Positions 32,999 to 42,349 of a stretch of 64,000 bases of DNA are shown here, one piece after another. The position numbers and the translations under genes were made by a program. The stretch covers positions 25,281 to 89,280 of the forward strand of contig JAHDXW010000013.1 of the NCBI GenBank assembly GCA_023383015.1, read 5' to 3'. Origin of the DNA: Paracoccaceae bacterium (GTDB lineage: Bacteria; Pseudomonadota; Alphaproteobacteria; Rhodobacterales; Rhodobacteraceae). How positions within the stretch are numbered: the first letter of the stretch is position 1; every line of letters starts with the position of its first letter. The notes under the pieces are model-generated. The model saw nothing but the letters and a program-made list of their open reading frames with translations. It did not search any database and was not told the origin of the DNA.

Positions 32999-34078
32999 AT
33001 GCGCGCGATTCCCACGATTCTCGTTGCCGCCTCGATGCTCCTTGCACCCGCCGGCACGGCTTGGGCGCAGGCCGACGTGCTGCAGCGCAGCTTCCCAGGC
33101 GGGGCGGCGCTGCCGCCGGCCTTCGACACCCCCGAGGAGCGGCGGGCAGTGCCGGCGCTGGCATGGACCGGGGGCGCCGCCGCGGGCGGACCGGCCGGCG
33201 GCGGGCCGGAGGATGCCGCCGGCGCGGCCGCCCCGGTCATCCTGCCCGCGGGCCTGCCCCACCCCGACGCCGACGCCGAGGCGCGGCGTCGCTTCGCCGA
33301 CGACTGGGCGCTGGCCGCACTGCCCGCCCCGCCGGCCGCGACGGCGGAGGCCGAGGGCACGGTCGCCACCTTCACCCAGTACCGGGAGAACGCCGTCGCC
33401 TTCAACCTCGACTTCACCCAGCGCACCATCGGCAAGCTGTTCTTCACCGCCCCGGGCGGCGACGCCACCTGCTCGGGGGCGGTGGTCAGCGGCAACAACC
33501 TCGTCGTGACCGCGGCGCACTGCTGCTACACCCCCGGCTCGGGCTTCCACACCAACTTCACCTTCTTCCCCGGCTACCGGCTGGGGGCCAGCCCCTTCGG
33601 CGGCTTCACCGCCCGCACCGCCGTTGTTCCCGCCGGCTGGCGGACCGGCGGCTTCAACCGGCGCAAGAACGACGTCTGCCTGCTGCGCATGCGCCCCAAC
33701 CGCGACGGGCGCGACATCACCTTCTTCACCGGTCACCTCGGGCTCGGCATGGGCCTGCCCTATGTCCAGAGCCTGCACGCCGTCGGCTACCCCGGCAACA
33801 TCGGCGGCACCGAGTTCATGGAGCTCTGCACCGCCGAGAGCTTCCGCCCGCCGCGGGGCTGCGGCCGCGACAACGTGCTGAACATGGGCTGCTCGATGAC
33901 CTTCGGCTCGTCGGGGGGGCCGTGGGTGGCAGGCTACCGGGGCTCGAACCTCGTCACCGGGGTCGTCTCTGGCTATGACGATGCCACCTGCACCGGCCCG
34001 TTCGGCACCACCTTCAACGGTCCGCGCTTCACCGCCGCAACCATCGGCAAGCTCTGCGACCGGCTCGGCGGCTGCTGA
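32999..34078 (+). CDS. secreted trypsin-like (S1 family) serine protease
   Basis: ATG at 32999 preceded by GGGAGGGA. Signal peptide ends TAWAQA. Catalytic triad context: TAAHC (His), NDVCLLRM (Asp), GSSGGP (Ser). Long Ala/Gly/Pro-rich pro-region. Confidence 0.8.
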   Translation: MRAIPTILVAASMLLAPAGTAWAQADVLQRSFPGGAALPPAFDTPEERRAVPALAWTGGAAAGGPAGGGPEDAAGAAAPVILPAGLPHPDADAEARRRFADDWALAALPAPPAATAEAEGTVATFTQYRENAVAFNLDFTQRTIGKLFFTAPGGDATCSGAVVSGNNLVVTAAHCCYTPGSGFHTNFTFFPGYRLGASPFGGFTARTAVVPAGWRTGGFNRRKNDVCLLRMRPNRDGRDITFFTGHLGLGMGLPYVQSLHAVGYPGNIGGTEFMELCTAESFRPPRGCGRDNVLNMGCSMTFGSSGGPWVAGYRGSNLVTGVVSGYDDATCTGPFGTTFNGPRFTAATIGKLCDRLGGC

Positions 34079-34092
34079 GCGGCCCCGCGGGC

Positions 34093-34530
34093 TCAGCGCA
34101 GCCCGATCTCGGCCAGCGCCGCCGCCAGCCCCGGCGGCAGCGCCTCCTCCCGCGGGCGCGCGGCCGGCAGGTCGCGCGGCGCCGCGCTGGGGGCAAGGTA
34201 GCGCCAGCCCTGGAAGGCGGCGCGCGGCACCGGCTCGGTGCGCAGGATCGCGGCATCGAGCACCAGCGCGCAGCGCAGGATGCCGTCCGCTCCGCGCCGC
34301 TCCTCGAGGCCCAGCAGGCGCTGGCGGCACAGGATCTGCCCCTTGATCACCCAGTAGAGCGAGCCGCCGGCGAGAAGCTCGGCCTGCCGCCTGGGCCACA
34401 TCCGCGTGACATGCTCGGCCCGCCCCGCCGGCCAGCGCGGCCGCTGGCTTTCCTGCCATTCGGCAAGATCCGCGACGCTTTCGGCACCGACGCAGAGCTT
34501 CACGAGATGTATGTGATCGGCCACCGCCAT
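34093..34530 (-). CDS. DUF1489 family protein
   Basis: 145 aa. HLVKLCVGAESVADLAEWQ...GGSLYWVIKG is typical of DUF1489. Confidence 0.8.
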   Translation of the reverse strand: MAVADHIHLVKLCVGAESVADLAEWQESQRPRWPAGRAEHVTRMWPRRQAELLAGGSLYWVIKGQILCRQRLLGLEERRGADGILRCALVLDAAILRTEPVPRAAFQGWRYLAPSAAPRDLPAARPREEALPPGLAAALAEIGLR

Positions 34531-34577
34531 CCCCCAACAGGTCGTGGCATCCTAGCGCCGCTGCCGCCGGGTTCAAG

Positions 34578-34606
34578 TTGACCCGCGCCGGGGGCGCCCC
34601 TATCCT
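34578..34606 (+). promoter_or_regulatory. candidate sigma-70 promoter of nrdJ
   Basis: TTGACC (34578..34583), 17-nt spacer, TATCCT (34601..34606), ending about 30 nt upstream of the nrdJ ATG. Confidence 0.45.
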
Positions 34607-34637
34607 CCGGCTTCCCCCGACCCGCCGGAGCCCGCCG

Positions 34638-36893
34638 ATGAGCCGCTTCGCCGCCCCGATCGCCGAACAGATCTGGGACATGAAGTACCGCCTGAAGGCG
34701 GCCGACGGCACACCCCTTGACGCCACCGTCGAGGACAGCTGGCGGCGCGTGGCCCGCGCGCTCGCCGCCGCCGAGGCCGACCCCGCCGCCTGGGAGCCGC
34801 GCTTCTACGCCGCGCTCGAGGATTTCCGCTTCCTGCCGGCGGGCCGCATCCTCGCCGGGGCCGGGACGGGGCGCGATGTGACGCTCTTCAACTGCTTCGT
34901 CATGGGCACCATCCCCGACAGCCTTCAGGGCATCTTCCAGTCCCTGAAGGAGGGGGCGGTGACGATGCAGCAGGGGGGCGGCATCGGCTACGACTTCTCC
35001 ACCATCCGGCCGCGCGGGGCGCCGGTGCGTGGCGTGGCGGCGGATGCCTCGGGGCCGCTGTCGTTCATGGACGTGTGGGATGCCATGTGCGCCACGATCA
35101 TGTCCGCGGGCAGCCGGCGCGGGGCGATGATGGCCACCCTGCGCTGCGACCACCCCGACATCCTCGATTTCGTCGACGCCAAGCGCGACCCGCGGCGGCT
35201 GCGCAATTTCAACCTCTCGGTCCTGGTCACCGACGCCTTCATGGCGGCGCTCGATGCCGGGGCCGACTGGCCGCTGGTCTTCGGGGGCGCGACCTTCCGC
35301 ACCATCCCCTCCCGCACGCTGTGGGACCGGATCATGCGCGCCACCTACGACGTTGCCGAGCCGGGGGTGGTCTTCATCGACCGGATCAATGCGATGAACA
35401 ACCTCTGGTATGCCGAGACCATCGCGGCGACCAACCCCTGTGGCGAACAGCCGCTGCCGCCCTATGGCGCCTGCCTGCTCGGCTCGCTCAACCTCGCCCG
35501 GCTGGTGGTCGATCCCTTCGGCCCGGATGCCGCGCTCGACCTTGCCCTGCTCGACGAGCTCGTGGCGGTGGCGGTCCGGATGATGGACAACGTCGTCGAC
35601 GCCAGCCGCTTCCCCCTGCCCGAGCAGGCCGCCGAGGCGCGCGCCAAGCGGCGCATCGGCCTCGGCGTCACCGGCCTGGCCGACGCGCTGGCCATGCTCG
35701 GGCTGCGCTACGGCAGCGACGAGGCCGCTGGCCTCGCGGAGGCCTGGATGCAGCGCATCGCGCGGGCCGCCTACCTCGCATCGGTGGACCTCGCGCGCGA
35801 GAAGGGGCCGTTTCCGCTCTTCGACGCCGAGCGCTTCCTCGCCTCGGGCACAATGGCGCGGATGGACGAGGAGGTGCGCGCGGCGGTCGCCCGCGACGGC
35901 ATCCGCAACGCGCTCTTGACCTCGATCGCCCCGACCGGCACGATCAGCCTCTATGCCGGCAACGTCTCGTCGGGCATCGAGCCGATCTTCGCCGCCGCCT
36001 ACAGCCGCAAGGTTCTGCTGGCCGACGGCAGCCGCGCCGAGGAAGAGGTGACCGACTTCGCCGTCGCGGCCTGGCGGGCCCGATTCGGGGCGGCGCCGCT
36101 GCCTGCCCATCTCGTCACCGCCCAGGACCTTGCCCCCGTCGATCATGTGCGCATGCAGGCCGCCGCGCAGCGCTGGGTTGATTCGAGCATCTCCAAGACG
36201 ATCAACGTCCCCCCCGACATTCCCTTCGAGGATTTCCGCGAGGTCTACCGCCTGGCCTGGGACAGCGGCTGCAAGGGCTGCACCACCTACCGGCCGAACG
36301 CCGTCACCGGCGCCGTGCTCAGCGTCGCCGGCCCGCCCGCGCCCGCGCCGCTGCCCGCGGCCGATGCCCTACGCTCGGTGCCGCTCGCCCGGCCGCCGGC
36401 GCTCGGCGGGCACACCTACAAGCTCAAATGGCCGGTCTCCGAGCACGCCATCTACATCACGATCAACGACATCGACGACGACGGCCGCCGCCGGCCCTTC
36501 GAGATCTTCATCAACTCCAAGAACATGGAGCACTACGCCTGGACGGTGGCGCTGACCCGCATGATCTCGGCGGTTTTCCGGCGCGGCGGCGACGTCTCCT
36601 TCGTGGTCGAGGAGCTGAAGGCCGTCTTTGACCCCCGCGGCGGGGCCTGGCTGGAGGGGCGCTACGTCCCCTCGATCCTCGCCGCGATCGGCGGGGTGAT
36701 CGAGCGCCACCTCGTCGCCATCGGCTTCATCCCCGCCGAGGGTCTGGGGCTCAAGGCCGACCCGCGCGCCGGCGCCGGAACCGCGACGGCCGCCGCGCCG
36801 GGGCGCAGCTGCCCGGCCAGCGGCGCGCCCGAGCTGGTGATGATCGAGGGCTGCATGACCTGCCGCGCCTGCGGCCATTCGGACTGCAGCTAG
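34638..36893 (+). CDS. nrdJ: adenosylcobalamin-dependent (class II) ribonucleotide reductase
   Basis: ATG at 34638 within ORF 34578..36893(+). Blocks FLPAGR, NCFV, GGGIGYDFS.IRP.G, NPCGEQPL and SISKTIN. Cys-rich C-terminal tail CMTCRACGHSDC. Confidence 0.92.
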   Translation: MSRFAAPIAEQIWDMKYRLKAADGTPLDATVEDSWRRVARALAAAEADPAAWEPRFYAALEDFRFLPAGRILAGAGTGRDVTLFNCFVMGTIPDSLQGIFQSLKEGAVTMQQGGGIGYDFSTIRPRGAPVRGVAADASGPLSFMDVWDAMCATIMSAGSRRGAMMATLRCDHPDILDFVDAKRDPRRLRNFNLSVLVTDAFMAALDAGADWPLVFGGATFRTIPSRTLWDRIMRATYDVAEPGVVFIDRINAMNNLWYAETIAATNPCGEQPLPPYGACLLGSLNLARLVVDPFGPDAALDLALLDELVAVAVRMMDNVVDASRFPLPEQAAEARAKRRIGLGVTGLADALAMLGLRYGSDEAAGLAEAWMQRIARAAYLASVDLAREKGPFPLFDAERFLASGTMARMDEEVRAAVARDGIRNALLTSIAPTGTISLYAGNVSSGIEPIFAAAYSRKVLLADGSRAEEEVTDFAVAAWRARFGAAPLPAHLVTAQDLAPVDHVRMQAAAQRWVDSSISKTINVPPDIPFEDFREVYRLAWDSGCKGCTTYRPNAVTGAVLSVAGPPAPAPLPAADALRSVPLARPPALGGHTYKLKWPVSEHAIYITINDIDDDGRRRPFEIFINSKNMEHYAWTVALTRMISAVFRRGGDVSFVVEELKAVFDPRGGAWLEGRYVPSILAAIGGVIERHLVAIGFIPAEGLGLKADPRAGAGTATAAAPGRSCPASGAPELVMIEGCMTCRACGHSDCS

Positions 36894-36915
36894 GGCCCGC
36901 GCCGGGGCCGGCCGC

Positions 36916-37218
36916 TCAGCTGCCCGCCCCCTCCCAGCCGCCGACGATCAAGAGCATGCCCTCGCTGACCGGCAGCCGCAGCGCCCGCGCGGCCTGGTAC
37001 TCGGGGCTGTCCCAGCACGCCTTCGCCGCCTCGAGGCTGGGGAACTCGATGACGACGGTGCGGCTGCGGGCGCTGCCCTCCACCACCTCCTGGGCGCCGC
37101 CGCGCACGAGGAACCGGCCGCCGAACCTGGCGAAGGCCGCGGCATTGGCGGCCTTGTAGGTCTCGTAGACCGCGGCGTCCCTGACGTCGACGTTGCCGAT
37201 CCAGTAGCCCTTGGCCAT
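36916..37218 (-). CDS. DUF1330 domain protein
   Basis: 100 aa. MAKGYWIGNVDVRD...GGRFLVRGG...VVIEFPSLEAAKACWDSPEYQ. Confidence 0.85.
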   Translation of the reverse strand: MAKGYWIGNVDVRDAAVYETYKAANAAAFARFGGRFLVRGGAQEVVEGSARSRTVVIEFPSLEAAKACWDSPEYQAARALRLPVSEGMLLIVGGWEGAGS

Positions 37219-37279
37219 CGCCGCCTCCCCGCGCCTGCCGCCGCGGCATTCAAGCCCGCCCCCGCCGCAAGCGCAAGGG

Positions 37280-38056
37280 TCAGGCGGCGAAAAGCGCCGC
37301 GACCTCCGCGGCGGCGGCGTCCATCCCCCAGGGCGGGTTCACGGCGAGGACGCCGCTGCCCTCCATCCCGTGGCCCGGCCGCGCCGCGGCAAAGCGGACC
37401 TCGTGGCGCAGGCTGCGCCCGTGGAAATGCCCCGCGAGGGCCGCCAGCATCGGCGCATGCGGGGCCGCGGCGAGCAGCGGATACCACAGCAGGATCACCC
37501 CCACCGGCCAGCGGCGGTGGATGTCGGCCAGCACGGCCGGGATGCGCGCGTAATCAGCCTTCACCTCCCAGGAAGGATCGACCAGCAGAAGCCCCCGCCG
37601 CGGTGCGGGTGGGGCCAGCGCGCGGGCCATGGCCAGCCCCTCGGTCCGCCGGATGTCGGCCCGGCGCCAGGCCATGGCGTCGACCAGCGCGGCGTGCTCG
37701 GCGGGGTGCAGCTCGGCCAGGTGTAGCCGGTCGGCCGGCCGCAAGAGCGTCGCGGCGATCAGCGGCGAGCCGGGGTAGGCATGCGGCCCGTGGCGGGCGC
37801 GCACGGCGGCGACGGCGCGGGCATAGGGATGCTCGGGGCGCAGCCGCCGCAGAAGCCGCACCACCCCCGCCGCCGCCTCGCCGGTCACCACCGCCTCCCG
37901 CCCGGCAAGGTCGTAGAGGCCGCGCCCGGCGTGGGTCTCGATGTAGCTCAGCGGCCGGTCCTTCGCGGCAAGGTAGTCCAGAACCCAGGCCAGCAGCGCA
38001 TGCTTGTGCACGTCGGCGGGGTTTCCCGCGTGATAGGCGTGCTGGTAGGACAGCAC
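37280..38056 (-). CDS. rlmJ: 23S rRNA (adenine2030-N6)-methyltransferase
   Basis: GTG start at 38056 gives (M)LSYQHAYHAGNPADVHKH, followed by YIETHAG and VDPSWE blocks. Tail of ORF 37280..38530(-). Confidence 0.85.
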   Translation of the reverse strand: MLSYQHAYHAGNPADVHKHALLAWVLDYLAAKDRPLSYIETHAGRGLYDLAGREAVVTGEAAAGVVRLLRRLRPEHPYARAVAAVRARHGPHAYPGSPLIAATLLRPADRLHLAELHPAEHAALVDAMAWRRADIRRTEGLAMARALAPPAPRRGLLLVDPSWEVKADYARIPAVLADIHRRWPVGVILLWYPLLAAAPHAPMLAALAGHFHGRSLRHEVRFAAARPGHGMEGSGVLAVNPPWGMDAAAAEVAALFAA

Positions 38057-38091
38057 CGCGCCGCCCCGCCCCGCCGCGCCCGCCGCCGCGG

Positions 38092-38838
38092 TCAGCCCGC
38101 CGCCGGCCGGCGGGCGGCACGCAGCGCCACCACCGCCAGCAGCGCGAGTGCCGCCGCCGCCGCCGCCACGACCGGCAGCGCCCCTCCGCGGCCGAGGTTT
38201 GCCGCGATCACCCCCGCCAGCGCCCAGCCCACCGCCGCGGCATAGGCCGGCGGCGCACCGCGCGCGATCACCCGCGCGGCCAGCGCGGCGACGGCGGCCA
38301 GCGCCAGCAGCGCCGCCGTCATCTCGCCGGTCAGCCCGTGGCCGGCCAGCATCAGCCCCGCCGCCACCCCGGTCGCCGCCGTCAGCCAGCCGGCGTACAG
38401 GCCGAGCGGTGCCCCCGCGGTCCAGCCGTCGCGCCGCGGCGCGCGCGCCAGCGCCGCCAGTGCCCCGGCCAGCATCACCACAAGCAGTGCCGTCGCCAGC
38501 CCCGCGCTCAGCCCCGCAGTCGGTATCCACACCGCCCCCGGCACCAGGCTGGCGATCAGCGGCCAGCGCGGTGCGTCCCAGTCGGCGGCATCGGCCCGCC
38601 GGGTCAGCCCGACGCCCGCATGGACCAGAAGTGCAGCATAGATCAGCCCCCAGATCGCGAAGGCCCAGCCCGCCGGCTGCACCGGCGGGCGCTCCTGCGG
38701 AACCGGAAAGAGGTCCGGGGCGAAGCCTGCGAACCCGTCCGCGACCAGCGGCGAGGCGGCGAAGGCGACCGTCGCGGCGAGCGTGACCACGGCCTTCAGC
38801 CGCCGGGCGTCGATGTCGGGGGAAAGGGGCTCAGCCAA
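38092..38838 (-). CDS. integral membrane protein (weak TspO/MBR-like resemblance)
   Basis: 248-aa ORF with TTG start overlapping the serS stop by 8 nt. Five or six hydrophobic helices with a Trp-rich segment [13 protein letters not shown]. Family assignment is tentative. Confidence 0.55.
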   Translation of the reverse strand: MAEPLSPDIDARRLKAVVTLAATVAFAASPLVADGFAGFAPDLFPVPQERPPVQPAGWAFAIWGLIYAALLVHAGVGLTRRADAADWDAPRWPLIASLVPGAVWIPTAGLSAGLATALLVVMLAGALAALARAPRRDGWTAGAPLGLYAGWLTAATGVAAGLMLAGHGLTGEMTAALLALAAVAALAARVIARGAPPAYAAAVGWALAGVIAANLGRGGALPVVAAAAAALALLAVVALRAARRPAAG

Positions 38839-40123
38839 GGCGGCCGTCCGCCAGCAGCCGCCGTGCCCCTCCCAGCCAGGGCGCCAGCGCCTCCGGAAGG
38901 CCGACCGATCCGTCGGCCTCCTGCCCGTTCTCCAGGACCGCGATCAGCGCCCGCCCGACCGCCAGGCCCGAGCCGTTCAGCGTGTGCACGAACTCCGGCC
39001 GGCCGCCGCCCGCGGGGCGGAAGCGCGCGTTCATCCGCCGCGCCTGGAAGTCGCCGCAGACCGAGACCGAGCTGATCTCGCGGTAGCGCCCCTGCCCGGG
39101 CAGCCAGACCTCGATGTCATGGGTCCGCCGGGCACCAAATCCCATGTCGCCGGTGCACAGCACCACCGTGCGGTAGGGCAGGCCCAGCCGTTCCAGCACC
39201 GTCTCGGCGCAGCGGGTCATCCGCGCGTGCTCGTCTCGCGACGCCCCGGGTGCGGTGACCGAGACCATCTCGACCTTCTCGAACTGGTGCTGGCGCAGCA
39301 TCCCGCGGACATCCTTTCCGGCGCTGCCGGCCTCCGAGCGGAAGCACAGCGTGTGCGCCGTCAGCCGCACCGGCAGTGCCGCCTCCTCGAGGATCGCGCC
39401 GGACACCGTGTTGGTCAGCGTCACCTCCGAGGTCGGAATCAGCCAGCGCCCCTCGGTGGTGCGGAAACTGTCCTCGGCGAACTTCGGCAGCTGGTTGGTG
39501 CCCACCATCGCCTCGTCACGCACCAGCACGGGAGAATTGACCTCGGTCAGCCCGTGCTCGGTGGTGTGCAGGTCCAGCATGAACTGCGCCAGAGCCCGGT
39601 GGATGCGCGCCAGCGCACCCCGCAACAGCACGAAGCGGGCACCCGACAGCCTTGATGCGGTCTCGAAATCCATCAGCCCGGCGACGGCGGGGATGTCGAA
39701 ATGCTCGTGCGGCGCGAAGCCGAACTCCCGCGGCATGCCCCGGCGGCGGATCTCGACGTTGGCGGTCTCGTCGGGTCCCTCGGGCACGTCCTCGTGCGGC
39801 AGGTTGGGGATCGTCAGCAGCAGGTCGGCCAGCGCCCGGTCATGCGCCGCCGCCTCCGCCTCCAGCCGCGCCACCGCCTCCTTGCGCTCGGCCGAAAGCG
39901 CCCGCAGCCGCGCGAATTCCGCCTCCTCGCCGCGGGCCCGCGCGCCTCCGGCCTCTCGGGCGGCGGCGTTCTGCTCGGCCCGCGCCGCCTCGGCCGCGGC
40001 GATGGCGGTCCGGCGGGCGGCATCGATGGCCAGGACCTCCCCCGCCTGGGGCGGCAGCCCGCGCCGGGCGAGCGCGGCGTCGAAGGCGGCGGGTGCCTCG
40101 CGGATAAGGCGGATGTCGTGCAT
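38831..40123 (-). CDS. serS: serine--tRNA ligase
   Basis: 430 aa. N-terminal coiled-coil arm and class II core ([29 protein letters not shown]). Confidence 0.97.
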   Translation of the reverse strand: MHDIRLIREAPAAFDAALARRGLPPQAGEVLAIDAARRTAIAAAEAARAEQNAAAREAGGARARGEEAEFARLRALSAERKEAVARLEAEAAAHDRALADLLLTIPNLPHEDVPEGPDETANVEIRRRGMPREFGFAPHEHFDIPAVAGLMDFETASRLSGARFVLLRGALARIHRALAQFMLDLHTTEHGLTEVNSPVLVRDEAMVGTNQLPKFAEDSFRTTEGRWLIPTSEVTLTNTVSGAILEEAALPVRLTAHTLCFRSEAGSAGKDVRGMLRQHQFEKVEMVSVTAPGASRDEHARMTRCAETVLERLGLPYRTVVLCTGDMGFGARRTHDIEVWLPGQGRYREISSVSVCGDFQARRMNARFRPAGGGRPEFVHTLNGSGLAVGRALIAVLENGQEADGSVGLPEALAPWLGGARRLLADGRLG

Positions 40124-40284
40124 GGGCGACCTCTTTCCGGCTCGCGGTTCGCGGTCCGCATATGCCCCATCCCCGCCCGCGGGGAAAGGCCCGCCGCGCC
40201 GCCGCCGCAGCCGCCGCCCCGGGACAGTCCTGAAAGATCGTTAATCGCGCCGCCCAACCCATTGATCAGGCGTCATCTCGCCCC

Positions 40285-40302
40285 CGTCCCATGCATGGGA
40301 CG
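40285..40302 (-). terminator. 18-bp perfect palindrome / hairpin downstream of the P450 gene
   Basis: CGTCCCATGCATGGGACG lies about 20 nt past the P450 stop at 40321. No U-tract. It could instead be a protein-binding site upstream of serS. Confidence 0.35.
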
Positions 40303-40320
40303 CCGGCCCCGCCGGCAGGC

Positions 40321-41550
40321 TCAGCCGGCCGCCACCATCAGCCGCTCCAGCCCGTGGAAGTGGTAGAGGTCGGCATAGCAGGGCGGGGCCGCCAGCCGCA
40401 GCCCGGGCCGGCGCGCGAACAGCACCGGCAGCGCGACCTGCAGCTCCAGCCGTGCCAGCGGGGCGCCGACGCAGAAATGCAGCCCCGCACCGAAGGACAG
40501 GTGCGCCCGCGCCGGCCTACGGGGGTCGAAGCGGTCGGGCGCCTCCCACAGGGCAGGGTCGCGGTTGGCGGCGGCCAGAAGGCAGGCCACCTGCTCGCCC
40601 GCCGCGATCCGCCGGCCCATCACCTCGACCTCGGTATAGGCCCAGCGGGTGAACAGGTGCAGCGGCGGGTCGAAGCGCAGGATCTCCTCCACCGTGCCCT
40701 CCACCGCGGAGGGATCCAGCATCCGCGCCGGCTCGCCCGCCTCCAGCAGTGCCTTCACCCCGTTGCCGAGGGTGTGCACCGTCGCCTCGTGGCCGGCGTT
40801 CAGCAGCAGGATGCAGGTCGCCACCAGCTCGTCGGGCGACAGCCGGCTGCCCTCCTCCTCGGCCGCGATCAGATGGGTGATCAGGTCGTCGGCCGGCCGG
40901 GTCCGCCGCTCGGCGACGTGGCCGCGCAGGAAGGCGGCGAAGTCGCGGGCCGCGGCGTTGGCCGCCACCTCCATGGCCGGCGTCCGCCGCGCCTGGTAGA
41001 TGCCCACCATCGCGTCCGACCACGCCAGCAGCTGCGGCGCCATCGATTCGGGTACGCCGAGAAGGCGGGCGATCACGACCACCGGCAGCCGCTGGGCGAA
41101 GGCGGGCAGCAGGTCGACCGCGCCCTCCGCCGGCATGGCGTCGATCAGCCCGTGGGCCAGCGCCGCGATCTCGGGGGCGAGCGCCGCGATCCGCCGCGAG
41201 GTGAAGGCCCGCAGGACGAGGTTGCGCAGCCGGGTGTGCCGCGGCGGCTCCAGTTCGAGCATCGAATGGGCCTCGACGGCGAAAAAGTCGGCCAGACCGG
41301 CGGGCACCGGCGGGCGGCAGTCGGCGGGCGGCTCGCGCCCGAAACGCCGGTCGCGCAGGATCGCCGAGACCGCCGCATGCGCCACCGCAGCGGTCATCGC
41401 GTAGTCCTCCCAGCGGAAGAGGGGTCCCGCGGCGCGCGCGGCCTCGTAGAACGGGTAGGGATCCTGGACGAAGGCCGGGTCGGTCGGCGACTGGCGGAGG
41501 ACGGCAAGGCCCGCCGCCGCCGCCCCGCGCCCCGCCTCAGCCGGCGGCAT
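40321..41550 (-). CDS. cytochrome P450
   Basis: ATG at 41550 within ORF 40321..41649(-). I-helix LLNAGHEAT, ExxR (EEILR), heme loop FGAGLHFCVGAPLA. Its start overlaps the tpiA stop by 14 nt. Confidence 0.9.
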   Translation of the reverse strand: MPPAEAGRGAAAAGLAVLRQSPTDPAFVQDPYPFYEAARAAGPLFRWEDYAMTAAVAHAAVSAILRDRRFGREPPADCRPPVPAGLADFFAVEAHSMLELEPPRHTRLRNLVLRAFTSRRIAALAPEIAALAHGLIDAMPAEGAVDLLPAFAQRLPVVVIARLLGVPESMAPQLLAWSDAMVGIYQARRTPAMEVAANAAARDFAAFLRGHVAERRTRPADDLITHLIAAEEEGSRLSPDELVATCILLLNAGHEATVHTLGNGVKALLEAGEPARMLDPSAVEGTVEEILRFDPPLHLFTRWAYTEVEVMGRRIAAGEQVACLLAAANRDPALWEAPDRFDPRRPARAHLSFGAGLHFCVGAPLARLELQVALPVLFARRPGLRLAAPPCYADLYHFHGLERLMVAAG

Positions 41551-42286
41551 CGAGGGAAGCGATGATGGCCCCGAAATCGGCCGCCGCCAGCGAGGCGCCT
41601 CCGACCAGCGCGCCATCCACCTCGGCCACCGCGAAGATCGCCGCGGCATTGGCCGGCTTCACCGAGCCGCCGTAGAGCAGCCGGACCGCCGCCGCCGGGC
41701 CGGCGCCGAGATGGCGGGCAAGCTGGCTGCGCAGATGGCCGTGCGCCTCGGCGATCTGGGCGGGGCTCGGCGTGCGGCCCGTCCCGATCGCCCACACCGG
41801 CTCGTAGGCGACGACGAGGGGCGCGTCGGTGCCGTCGGGCAGCGAGGTTGCCAGCTGGTCGGACAGCACCTGAAGCGTGCGGCCGCCGTCGCGCTCGGCC
41901 TCGGTCTCGCCGATGCAGATGATCGGCACCAGCCCCGCGGCCCGCGCCGCGCGCGCCTTGGCGGCGACCACGGCCGAGGTCTCGCCATGGTCGGCGCGCC
42001 GCTCGGAATGGCCGAGGATGACGAAGGAGGCGCCGGCATCGGCGAGCATTGTCGCGGCGATGTCGCCGGTGTGGGCGCCCTTCGCGGCAACGTGGCAGTC
42101 CTGCCCGCCAAGGCAGTAGGGGCTGCGCTTGAGCCGTTCGGCCATCCGCGCCAGCAGCGTCGCCGGCGGGCAGATCACCACCTCGCAGGCCGGAGCGGGG
42201 TTGGCGGCCCGCAGCGCGTCGATCGCGGCAAGGTCGGCGGCGAGGCCGTGCATCTTCCAGTTGCCGGCGGCGAGCTTCTGGCGCAT
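41537..42286 (-). CDS. tpiA: triose-phosphate isomerase
   Basis: ATG at 42286 ([14 protein letters not shown]). Carries [19 protein letters not shown] and YGGSVK. Confidence 0.93.
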   Translation of the reverse strand: MRQKLAAGNWKMHGLAADLAAIDALRAANPAPACEVVICPPATLLARMAERLKRSPYCLGGQDCHVAAKGAHTGDIAATMLADAGASFVILGHSERRADHGETSAVVAAKARAARAAGLVPIICIGETEAERDGGRTLQVLSDQLATSLPDGTDAPLVVAYEPVWAIGTGRTPSPAQIAEAHGHLRSQLARHLGAGPAAAVRLLYGGSVKPANAAAIFAVAEVDGALVGGASLAAADFGAIIASLDAAG

Positions 42287-42349
42287 GGGGCCCCCCCTTG
42301 GTTCGCTGCCCGTCTGATAGCCGGGCATGCGCGGGTGAGGGAAGGGGCC

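Noticed and set aside
34531-34637. Cobalamin riboswitch or NrdR box upstream of the B12-dependent nrdJ
   Set aside because: The spacer is only about 107 nt, and a good promoter ends about 30 nt before the ATG. I could not find a B12-box-like or NrdR-box-like sequence by eye.
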